From an uncultured Candidatus Peribacteria bacterium (GTDB lineage Bacteria > Patescibacteriota > Gracilibacteria > Peribacterales > Peribacteraceae), in assembly GCA_964640805.1 (NCBI GenBank), contig CAZXIO010000004.1:1-31541 (forward strand): a stretch of DNA of 31,541 nucleotides, given 5' to 3'. A program made the translations under genes and the position numbers. Position 1 is the first letter of the stretch; the number at the start of each line of letters is the position of its first letter. The notes beneath the pieces were generated by a model, which ran no database searches, was not told the DNA's origin, and worked only from the letters and a program-made list of their open reading frames with translations. Shown piece by piece: positions 6,937 through 14,850 of this stretch.

Positions 6937-9438
6937 TTATGCGCCTATTCTCCTCATAATCTCCCGATCCACGAAGTCTTTCGCACGCCCATATTTCAGT
7001 CGTGACAATTGTTTGAACGCCTCAGCCGCCTGCGGGTCTGCAACATATGATTTATCGAGCCAGTGCTTGGGCACGTCGATGCTGAACGGTCGCGACGGCT
7101 GGCCGTCGATGCAGAGCTTGATGCCGCCTTTGAAGGCGTCCATATTCACCAGGTCCTGTTCACTGAACACCGGCGCCATTTCCTTGGCGGCCACTTCGGC
7201 GTCCTGCGGGCCGATCTTGTAGAACATCATCGAGCCCACGTTGCCGAAGATGGCGCCTTTCAGGCTCACGGCCCCGCTCAGCTTGCTCTCCTTCTCCAGC
7301 TGATCGATGTACTGGTGCGCAAGCACGAGCCCCAAGCGGTATTTGCGGGCTTCGGAGAGGATCGATTCGATCGATTGCGTCACGAAGTTCTGGAATTCGT
7401 CGATGTACAGGAAGAAGTCGCGGCGGGTCTCCTTCCCTTCGCGCTGGCGGCGCATGGCGGCCACCTGGATTTTATTCACCACCATCAGGCCGAGCAGCGT
7501 GCTGTTGATGTCGCCGATCAGGCCTTTGGATAGGTTCATCAAAAGAATCTTGCCGGTATTCATGACCTCGCTTATGTCGAACGCGCTCTTCGTCTGGCCT
7601 ACGATGTTGCGAATCAGCGTGTTCGTCGTGAACTGGCCGAATTTGGCCGCGAAGTAGGGGATCATCTCCTGCTTTTCGCGCTGGCCCGTGGCGGCCATCT
7701 GCTTTTCCCAGAAGCTGCGGACGATCGGGTTTTTCACTTTCGTCACCTTGTACTTTTGCCATTCGTCATCCGTGAAGAGGCGCACGAGATCGGTGATGGC
7801 GCCGCCTTCTTCCTCGTCATCCATCAGGGTGAGGCAGCCGTTGCGGAAGTAGTCCTGGATGCGGGGGCCGAAGATCTCTTCGCCGAACATCTTGACCATC
7901 ATGTTCATCGCATCGAGGGCGATGAGGTCCCGCTCCTCGGGCGTCTTTCCTTCCAGCAGATTCAGGCCCATCGGTCGTTCCGTATCCGACGGGTTGAAGT
8001 AGATGACGTCGTCCGCGCGGGAGCGAGGAATGTAGGGGAGCAGATCCTCAATCAGCGATCCGTGCGGGTCGATGATTGCCACCCCCTTGCCGTTGTGGAA
8101 ATCCTGCCGCGCCATGTTGATCATGAAAGACGATTTGCCCGTACCGGTTTGCCCGATGATGTAGAAGTGGCGGAAACGGTCGTCGTTTTTGATGTTGATG
8201 CGCTTCTTCTCTCCGCGGAACGTGTTGATGCCCAGGTACAGTCCCTCGGCGGGGATAGTCTTGGGCGCAGGGGCGATCTTGAAGTTCTGCCATTTGATCG
8301 TATCCACTTTGTTGTACTTGATGTTGGGTAGATGGAACAGGCTTGCGAGTTCGGCGCTCCCAAGGAGCATCCGCGGGAACCGGAGCATGTGCAGGAGAGG
8401 CCTGCGGGGCGAGCGGCGGATGAAGCGTGACACGACATCAGAACGGTTGATCAGTTTCGCTTTTTTGAACTTATTTCCGTGGATGTCGCCGAACTGCGCG
8501 AAGGCGGCGGAGACGGTTTCGAGCAGCATCTGCGCGCGCGCCTCCGATTGTGCGGAGGTGACGATCCGCAGCACCGCATGGAAGCCCGGACTGCTCGCTT
8601 TCTCGTCCAGCGACTTGCTGTACTCCTCCACCATCTGCGACACCCGTTCGCCCGACGACTGTTCCTCGTTCTGCTTCAGTTCCGTCGCCTCACCGCTTGT
8701 AAGCATGTCGAATATCGCCGTGATCCACGTGAGGGGATTCCACCACTTGAGTCCGTGTCTTTTCTTCGGGTTGATCAGATTCGCGGCTTCTTTCTGCACT
8801 TTCTTCTGCCAGCCGGTGTCTGCGGGCCGGAGCACCAGCTGCACGGCAGCCCCTTCATCCAGTTTCAGCTTACTGAAGGCGTTCGTGATGGTGTTGAGCG
8901 GGTCGCTTTTGAGCTGCTGATACGTTTTGAAGGTCGTGGCATACGGTTTGGCCGGCACAAGCAGTTCCGAGGCCACCACCGATTGCTCGGTGAAAATGTT
9001 GTAATCTTCCACTTCGTCGATGATCGCGTCAGGGTAAAACGCAGTCACCTGCTTCTCGATCAAATGCGCGATGCGCCGCGGGCACACGATGAAGAAGAGG
9101 ATTTCGCCGGCGAGCGCCGCATACTCCACCGAAAAGAATTCCTGCCCCTTGGTGTACTGCTTGACCGTGGACGTATGAAGACTGTGGAGCGACTGGTACA
9201 GGTGATCCATCACTCCCAGCACCTCGCGGAAGTCTTTGCCTGTGGAAAACTGTTCGGATTCGACCTCTTTGTCTTCTTTGCTCTCTTTCTTCGGCACGAG
9301 AATCTGCAGGAAGACCAGGCCACCCTCACGGCTGACGTCCGCGCGCAGACGCAGGAACGCCAGAACGCCGTACGCCGCCGCCCCGCAGGCAAGCAGAACG
9401 CCGATGATTGGCAGGAATGTCTGGAACATCGAGGGCAT
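6937..9438 (-). CDS. Membrane-anchored VirD4/TraG/HerA-like (type IV secretion system-related) P-loop ATPase
   Basis: N-terminal TM helix; Walker A GQTGTGKS; IIDPHG; Walker B FFLYIDEFQNF; ILSEARKYRLGLVLAHQ. The start could be 9441, 9438 or 9429. Confidence 0.88.
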   Translation of the reverse strand: MPSMFQTFLPIIGVLLACGAAAYGVLAFLRLRADVSREGGLVFLQILVPKKESKEDKEVESEQFSTGKDFREVLGVMDHLYQSLHSLHTSTVKQYTKGQEFFSVEYAALAGEILFFIVCPRRIAHLIEKQVTAFYPDAIIDEVEDYNIFTEQSVVASELLVPAKPYATTFKTYQQLKSDPLNTITNAFSKLKLDEGAAVQLVLRPADTGWQKKVQKEAANLINPKKRHGLKWWNPLTWITAIFDMLTSGEATELKQNEEQSSGERVSQMVEEYSKSLDEKASSPGFHAVLRIVTSAQSEARAQMLLETVSAAFAQFGDIHGNKFKKAKLINRSDVVSRFIRRSPRRPLLHMLRFPRMLLGSAELASLFHLPNIKYNKVDTIKWQNFKIAPAPKTIPAEGLYLGINTFRGEKKRINIKNDDRFRHFYIIGQTGTGKSSFMINMARQDFHNGKGVAIIDPHGSLIEDLLPYIPRSRADDVIYFNPSDTERPMGLNLLEGKTPEERDLIALDAMNMMVKMFGEEIFGPRIQDYFRNGCLTLMDDEEEGGAITDLVRLFTDDEWQKYKVTKVKNPIVRSFWEKQMAATGQREKQEMIPYFAAKFGQFTTNTLIRNIVGQTKSAFDISEVMNTGKILLMNLSKGLIGDINSTLLGLMVVNKIQVAAMRRQREGKETRRDFFLYIDEFQNFVTQSIESILSEARKYRLGLVLAHQYIDQLEKESKLSGAVSLKGAIFGNVGSMMFYKIGPQDAEVAAKEMAPVFSEQDLVNMDAFKGGIKLCIDGQPSRPFSIDVPKHWLDKSYVADPQAAEAFKQLSRLKYGRAKDFVDREIMRRIGA

Positions 9439-9444
9439 CATACC

Positions 9445-9453
9445 ATTCTACCA
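9445..9453 (-). promoter_or_regulatory. Extended -10 box (TGgTAGAAT) 6 nt before ATG 9438
   Basis: The minus strand reads aaTGGTAGAATggtatgATG. Confidence 0.55.
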
Positions 9454-9557
9454 TTTTTTCCGCCTAGGCTCCATGCTATACTGTTCTCAATATCCACCAT
9501 ACTCAGTAAACCAAAGTCACTCCTTCCGTTCATGACGGGAGTTGACCATACTGTGCG

Positions 9558-10739
9558 TTGATTCTTGCCCTCATGCAGATTTCCAAAATTTTCAGCCGGC
9601 GCGCGATTCAGTCCATGCTGCGAGGATTCCTACGCTACGTTTTCGGCAAGCGCGGCCAGCGCCGCCTTATGGGATGGAGAATGTTCTATAGGCTCCGTAC
9701 GGAGGTGCTGCTCAGGACCCGCAGTCCCATCACGGGCATCAGCCATTTCCCGCGCACCCGACTCTGGGTGGACCGCGAGATGTTTCCCCGCATCGAAAAG
9801 CTCCTCTTACGCGCCCAGCACACGATAGTGATCCAGATGTTCATCTGGATGGACGACGTCCTTGGGCGCAGGATTGCTTCCACGCTCCTGCAAATCGCGG
9901 ATCGCGGGGTGAAGGTGTACATCTTCAAGGAAGCGGTGGGAGACATGTTCGAATTCCGCCAGGATTTCCTCACGACGAGTGATGCTCCGGACGGCCTCTG
10001 GCACCGGTTCTGGCATCACCCCAATATCCGCATCACGCATGAAAACCGCAAGGATCATGCAAAGGTGTACATCATCGACGACAAAATACTGCTCCTCGCC
10101 GGTGCAAACATCGCCGACGAATACCATCACCGTCTTCACGATTATTTGGTGGAGCTCAACGGCGGAGGATTCGTGGAGGAGTATCTCACGCACGGCGAAG
10201 TACGTGATACGCACCATAACGGAGTCCGACTGTGCATGAATTCCGAGTTTCGCAAAGATATCCGTTCGGTGGTGACCGGGCTGATTCGCGAGGCACGGCA
10301 TTCGATCGTTTTGGAGCAATGTTACTTTGCTGACGTGAAAGTGACCGACGAACTCATCCGTAAAAGCCATGAAGGCGTGCGTGTAACCGTGGTGATCCCC
10401 GAACACGCCGAGCTGCACCATCACGCCAATATGTACACGGTTTCGCGTCTGATCACGGAGGGCGCGCGCGACAAAGTGGAGGTGTTTTTGTACCCGCGGA
10501 TGTTTCACGGAAAATCCATGCTCATCGACCGTACTAAGGCGTTTATCGGCTCCGTGAATCTGATGACGTCGTCCCTCGACGAGATGGGAGAAGTGAACGT
10601 GCTCGTGGAAGGCCGCAGCGAGGAATCGGTGGAAAAACTGCGCGATGTGCTCAGGAGAGAAATCCTCGAAAGCAGGCCGCTCACGTCCCCTCCGAGGTTC
10701 CACTGGATCGGGAGACTCCTCGGCTGGTTGAAGCTTTGA
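9558..10739 (+). CDS. Phospholipase D family protein (cardiolipin synthase-like), start uncertain
   Basis: Two HKD motifs (HAKVYIID and HGKSMLID), each followed by G-x-x-N (AGAN, GSVN). Confidence 0.88.
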   Translation: MILALMQISKIFSRRAIQSMLRGFLRYVFGKRGQRRLMGWRMFYRLRTEVLLRTRSPITGISHFPRTRLWVDREMFPRIEKLLLRAQHTIVIQMFIWMDDVLGRRIASTLLQIADRGVKVYIFKEAVGDMFEFRQDFLTTSDAPDGLWHRFWHHPNIRITHENRKDHAKVYIIDDKILLLAGANIADEYHHRLHDYLVELNGGGFVEEYLTHGEVRDTHHNGVRLCMNSEFRKDIRSVVTGLIREARHSIVLEQCYFADVKVTDELIRKSHEGVRVTVVIPEHAELHHHANMYTVSRLITEGARDKVEVFLYPRMFHGKSMLIDRTKAFIGSVNLMTSSLDEMGEVNVLVEGRSEESVEKLRDVLRREILESRPLTSPPRFHWIGRLLGWLKL

Positions 10740-10744
10740 TTGGA

Positions 10745-10847
10745 TGTCATGGTTCGAGGCTCGGCATTGCGATGCCTCGCTCCTCACCATGACAAAAACC
10801 ATTTTTTGATGTCATGGCGAGGTGCGCCGCAGCGCCTCGAGCCATCA
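10745..10847. repeat. Inverted pair of REP-like palindromes (BIME-like) between convergent genes
   Basis: Unit 1 (10745-10794) is tgtcatggttcgaggc...cctcaccatgaca. Unit 2 (10810-10847) reads atggctcgaggc...cctcgccatgaca on the minus strand. Confidence 0.8.
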
Positions 10848-11216
10848 GAGATGTCTCAATCGTTCCACCATTTCCACCAGACTTCTGATCGTCATGTCTT
10901 TCTTCACGAAGTAGTCGTCGGCGCCAAGCTCCTGTGCCTTCAGCTTGAATTCCCCCTGGTCGAAATTGGTGAGGACGATGATGGGGAATTTGCGGATGGA
11001 TCGCGGAAATTCCTTGAGCACCTGGAACCCGTCGGCCTTGGGCATATGGATGTCGCAGAGCATCAGGTCGGGAGCCTGTTCGCGGATCATGCGTATGGCC
11101 TGTTCCCCGTCTTCCGCAGTGCGCACGTCGTAGCCCTCCATGCCGAATTTCTTCACGTAGAGGTTTCGGAGCACGGCGTCGTCTTCGGCGATGAGGATGT
11201 TTCCTTTTGGCATCAC
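10845..11216 (-). CDS. Single-domain response regulator (CheY-like receiver)
   Basis: ILIAEDD, phospho-acceptor LMLCDIHMP, IIVLTN and DYFVK. TATAAT at 11227-11222 lies just upstream. Confidence 0.93.
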   Translation of the reverse strand: MMPKGNILIAEDDAVLRNLYVKKFGMEGYDVRTAEDGEQAIRMIREQAPDLMLCDIHMPKADGFQVLKEFPRSIRKFPIIVLTNFDQGEFKLKAQELGADDYFVKKDMTIRSLVEMVERLRHL

Positions 11217-11325
11217 CTCACATTATACGCGATTTTCGTGGCTCTGTACAGCTCTCCTTGCCCTCTTCGCTGGTGCTTGATTGTATATGACACCGATGCT
11301 CAAATCTGCTACAATATCCCGATAT

Positions 11326-13041
11326 ATGCACGCCAAACGCGCACATGCATGGCTGATTGCCTCGGCGCTCGGGGGAATGTCTGTGATGACGTTCGCATCG
11401 TCCCAACTTGCGGCCGATACGACGTCGGGTTGTGCGGGCAAACCGTATCCCGCTCCCGGATGCCCCACTATCAGCAAGAACATCGGTGCGGGAGGGAAAT
11501 GCGGCAACGCGATTTTAGACAGCGGCGAGGAATGTGACGATGGCCGCTTCAACGGGCAGACGATGTGCGGGGATGATTGCATGACGTTACGGTGCGGTGA
11601 CGGAAAAATGTCGCCGAATGCGGGAGAGGAATGCGAACCGCCGGCCGACAAATACCACGACAAAGAAGGCGACGGCATTGAACGTCGTTTCAAACCGGTT
11701 GCCGCATGCGGCAGTTACTGCGCCGTGCCGCTTTGCGATGACGGAGGCAATTGCAACGGGGGATGTCACTGGGTGTTCCGCAATGCCTGTGAGTATCCGC
11801 CGCAAAGCGCTTCTTCGGCCGCCGCATCGTCCGCAGCCACCGCACAGGCGGCGTCCTCCTCCGCAGCCTCGTCAACCACGTCATCCACACACAGCGCGTC
11901 GTCCTCTGCGTCCGCAGCCCCGGCGCTGGCAAGCAGCGCGTCTTCATCCAAAGCCCCTCCTGCGCCGCCACCGGTGACGTGCGGCGATTCGATCCAGAAT
12001 GAGGGCGAGGAATGTGACGACGGCAACCGCATCAACACCGACGGATGCACGAACGCCTGCCGCCTTCCCGCCTGTGGCGACTCTGTCGTTCAGGCCGGCG
12101 AAGATTGCGACGATGGCAACGATAACAATGAAGATTCCTGTTCCAATGCCTGCACCCGCGCCAAGTGCGGTGACGGCATCGTACACCCTGGCGAGGAATG
12201 CGACGACGGCAACGATGTGAATGCCGACAGCTGCAGCAACATCTGCAAAAATTTTGCGTGCGGAGATGGCATCGTGCAGCCGAGCGAGGAATGTGACGAT
12301 GGCAACCGTATCCCCACCGACGGATGCACGAACGAATGTCATTTGCCCGGTTGCGGCGACGGCATCGTGCAGCCGAGCGAGGAATGTGACGACGGCAACC
12401 AGCAGAATCCCGATGCCTGCAGCAACTCCTGCAAGCGCGGAAAGTGCGGCGACGCCATCCAGCAATCCGGCGAGGATTGCGACGACGGCAACCAGAACAA
12501 CGCCGATGGTTGCACCGATACGTGCAGGCTGCCGCTGTGCGGCAACGGCGCGACGGAGGGCAGCGAGCAGTGCGACGACGGCAACAGCTCGAATCTGGAC
12601 AATTGCTCTGCCGACTGCAAGTTCACGAAATGCGGCGACGGCATCGTTCAAGCGGGCGAGGAGTGCGACGAGGGCGGCACGAATTCCGACACGAACGCCG
12701 ACGCATGCCGCAGTAACTGCAAAAATCCAGTCTGCGGCGATCATGTGAAGGATCAGGGCGAAGAGTGCGACGGCGGCGTGGAGTGTCTGGCGACGTGCGT
12801 GCTCAAACTTGCGGCCGGCGCAAGCTCCGCTCAGCACGAAGGACCGTCCCTCCTGTCACTCGACCGCGCTCGCTCGCTCGTGATCGGCCTGCTCGTGGCG
12901 GTGGGAGCCATCGGCATGTCACTGTTCATTTTCCGCAAGCGCCTGGCGACACTATTCTCCAAAGACAAAAAGAAGAAAGGCGATCTGTCGATCGAGGACA
13001 TTCCGCTCGATCAGATCGAGATGCCGTGGCACAAATGGTGA
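11326..13041 (+). CDS. Cell-surface protein with Myxococcus-type Cys-rich (DUF4215-like) repeats, an Ala/Ser linker and a C-terminal TM anchor
   Basis: Signal peptide (MHAKRAHAW...SQLAA); 11 CG[DN]...EECDDGN units; TM segment LVIGLLVAVGAIGMSLFIF followed by a basic tail RKR...KDKKKK. TGcTACAAT at 11307-11315 supports ATG 11326. Confidence 0.88.
   Translation: MHAKRAHAWLIASALGGMSVMTFASSQLAADTTSGCAGKPYPAPGCPTISKNIGAGGKCGNAILDSGEECDDGRFNGQTMCGDDCMTLRCGDGKMSPNAGEECEPPADKYHDKEGDGIERRFKPVAACGSYCAVPLCDDGGNCNGGCHWVFRNACEYPPQSASSAAASSAATAQAASSSAASSTTSSTHSASSSASAAPALASSASSSKAPPAPPPVTCGDSIQNEGEECDDGNRINTDGCTNACRLPACGDSVVQAGEDCDDGNDNNEDSCSNACTRAKCGDGIVHPGEECDDGNDVNADSCSNICKNFACGDGIVQPSEECDDGNRIPTDGCTNECHLPGCGDGIVQPSEECDDGNQQNPDACSNSCKRGKCGDAIQQSGEDCDDGNQNNADGCTDTCRLPLCGNGATEGSEQCDDGNSSNLDNCSADCKFTKCGDGIVQAGEECDEGGTNSDTNADACRSNCKNPVCGDHVKDQGEECDGGVECLATCVLKLAAGASSAQHEGPSLLSLDRARSLVIGLLVAVGAIGMSLFIFRKRLATLFSKDKKKKGDLSIEDIPLDQIEMPWHKW
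11980..12800 (+). repeat. Nine tandem coding repeats with a 93-bp (31-aa) period
   Basis: The first Cys codons fall at 11980, 12073, 12166, 12259, 12352, 12445, 12538, 12631 and 12733 (last interval 102 bp). Confidence 0.9.
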
Positions 13042-13042
13042 C

Positions 13043-13822
13043 CTACACCGTCACCCGTACATACGATGTCACCTTCACGTCCCCCAAGTACTTCTCAACC
13101 GTCATACTTGGATCCTTCACGAAAGCTTGCGTGAGCAGCGCGTTCTCTTCACGGAACTTCTTCTCTTTGCCGAGCATGATTTTCTCCAAAATCGCTTCGG
13201 GCTTCTTCTCGCCTTTCATCTGCTCCGTCCAGATTTCGCGCTCCTTGGCGATGACGTCGTCGCTCACTTCATCGGGTCGCACGTAGACAGGGTTGAGGGC
13301 AGCGGCATGCATCGCGGCATCCCTGAGTTTCATCCGGTCGGCACCTGCGGGTTCGGCACCCACCACCACGGCCACCTTGCGGTTGCTGTGCACGTAGGCG
13401 CTCAAAGCCGGCGCAGCGATCTCCTGAATTTCCTCCACCGTCAGATTCTCGCCCAGCTTCTGGATGGCATCGGGAAGTTTGGTCGCGATGTCTTTCTGCG
13501 CGGCAGCGATCCCTTCCTTCAGTGCAAGGTCGGCAAACTGCTGCCCGAGCATGACGAAATCCGGATTGCGCGCGACGAAGTCCGTCTCGCACTTCAGCAC
13601 CACGATCGCGGCCACTGATCCGTTTTCAGCAATAAAGATCGCGCCTTCCGATTGCGCGCGGTCGGCTTTCTTCACGGCCTGCGCGATGCCGCGCTTGCGC
13701 AGGATCTCGATGGCCTTCTCCTGATCGCCTTCTGCGTCCTCCAGTGCTTGCTTGCAGGCGAGGATGGAGACGCCGGTGCGGGCTCTGAGTGCAAATACAT
13801 CTTGTGCGGAGACTGCGGTCAT
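13043..13822 (-). CDS. tsf: Translation elongation factor Ts
   Basis: LRARTGVSILACKQAL, LRKRGIAQAVKKADRAQSEG, LKCETDFVARN and LLTQAFVKDPSMTV. Start set at MTAVSA. Confidence 0.96.
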   Translation of the reverse strand: MTAVSAQDVFALRARTGVSILACKQALEDAEGDQEKAIEILRKRGIAQAVKKADRAQSEGAIFIAENGSVAAIVVLKCETDFVARNPDFVMLGQQFADLALKEGIAAAQKDIATKLPDAIQKLGENLTVEEIQEIAAPALSAYVHSNRKVAVVVGAEPAGADRMKLRDAAMHAAALNPVYVRPDEVSDDVIAKEREIWTEQMKGEKKPEAILEKIMLGKEKKFREENALLTQAFVKDPSMTVEKYLGDVKVTSYVRVTV

Positions 13823-13860
13823 AGAGGGAGTGGAAAACGGAAAGAGGAAAGTGGAAAGAG

Positions 13861-13880
13861 GGCGGGCATACTTGCCCGCC
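13861..13880 (-). terminator. rpsB-tsf intergenic hairpin (possible attenuator or mRNA stabiliser)
   Basis: Perfect 8-bp stem ggcgggca-tact-tgcccgcc, followed on the minus strand by ctctttcc. Confidence 0.5.
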
Positions 13881-13883
13881 GGA

Positions 13884-14597
13884 TTATGCGGCGGCGAGTT
13901 CTTCGTCGCGGTCTTTCTTTTTGGGAGACGCGTCGGCCAGTTCGCTTTCGATGGCCGAGAGGATGAGCGTGATGGATTTGACCGCGTCGTCATTCGCCGG
14001 AATGAACCCGGTGAAATGATCGGGGTCGGCGTTGCTGTCACAAATGCCGTAGAGAGGAATCTTCAGCTTGGCCGCTTCCAGCACTGCAACGCGGTCGCGG
14101 ATGGCGTCTACCACGAACACGGCGTCGGGCAGGCCGGTCATTTTGGCGACGCCCGCGAGAGCCGTATCGAGCTTGGCCAGTTGTTTCCTCAGATACGTCT
14201 GCTCCTTCTTGGTGTACTTTTCAACTTCACCCGTCTTGAAGGAGCCTTGCAAATCAAGATAGTACTTGAGGCGGCGCTTGATGGTGAGCCAGTTGGTGAG
14301 GAGTCCCGGGATCCATTTCTTCGTCACCATCGGCTGGTGCAGGTTTCCGGCGATGCCCTCGATCAAAGGAATGCTCTGCTGCTTGGTGGAGACGAACAGG
14401 ATCGTTTTGCCCTCGGTCTGGAGCTTTTTAAGTGCGGCACACACTTCCTCCAGTTTTTTGTGCGTTTGGGTCAAATCAAAGATGTGGATGCCCTTGCGCG
14501 TGCCGTACAGATACGGCGCCATCTTGGGGTTCCACCTCTCTTTGCGGTGCCCGAAGTGGCAGGCGCTCTCAATAAGTTGTTTTTCAGAGGGAATCAT
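13884..14597 (-). CDS. rpsB: 30S ribosomal protein S2
   Basis: HFGHRKERWNPKMAPYLYGTRKGIHIFDL, ILFVSTK, WIPGLLTN, DSNADPD and IPANDDAVKS. Start set at MIPSEK. Confidence 0.96.
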   Translation of the reverse strand: MIPSEKQLIESACHFGHRKERWNPKMAPYLYGTRKGIHIFDLTQTHKKLEEVCAALKKLQTEGKTILFVSTKQQSIPLIEGIAGNLHQPMVTKKWIPGLLTNWLTIKRRLKYYLDLQGSFKTGEVEKYTKKEQTYLRKQLAKLDTALAGVAKMTGLPDAVFVVDAIRDRVAVLEAAKLKIPLYGICDSNADPDHFTGFIPANDDAVKSITLILSAIESELADASPKKKDRDEELAAA

Positions 14598-14691
14598 AGA
14601 ATGAAAAGGTACAAAAGATACAAAGGGTACAAAGGCAGACGGTGATGGAAATCCTTGGGTGCTTGCCGTGAACCCGAGCCAGCAGGCGAGT

Positions 14692-14811
14692 GGTTCATGG
14701 CCTCCCAACGTCATTTCGTCCGGTGCGCAGGGGCCACGATGCGAGCACCCTTCGACAAGCTCAGGGTGACCGCTCCGCGGTCAGGATCGCTACGATCGGT
14801 CGGGAGTGAGT
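14692..14811 (-). ncRNA. rpsB leader RNA (t44/tff-like, S2 autoregulatory)
   Basis: The minus strand begins ACUCACUCCC at the predicted TSS. UCCCGAC pairs with GUUGGGA, which is followed by GGCCAUGAACC, resembling the ACACAC...GGAGGCAUAACCC ends of the S2 leader as I recall them. Confidence 0.6.
14746..14770 (+). repeat. REP-like palindrome CACCCTTCGACAAGCTCAGGGTGAC inside the rpsB leader
   Basis: CACCC/GGGTG stem around a TTCGA...CTCA core; same architecture as 10745-10794 and 1152-1173. Confidence 0.7.
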
Positions 14812-14817
14812 AGGGGG

Positions 14818-14846
14818 TTTATACGCTTACGCAAAACATTTGGCAA
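14818..14846 (-). promoter_or_regulatory. Sigma70 promoter of rpsB-tsf
   Basis: Minus strand TTGCCA (14846-14841), 17-bp spacer, TATAAA (14823-14818); predicted TSS near 14811. Confidence 0.7.
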
Positions 14847-14850
14847 CCAA

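Noticed and set aside
11980-12800. CRISPR array
   Set aside because: The 93-bp period is in frame, repeats are degenerate at synonymous positions, there are no unique spacers, and no cas genes are present.
12840-13041. DUF4215 protein as substrate of the nearby sortase
   Set aside because: A TM helix and basic tail are present, but there is no LPxTG/LAxTG-like motif, and the cytoplasmic tail is about 30 aa, longer than a typical sorting signal.
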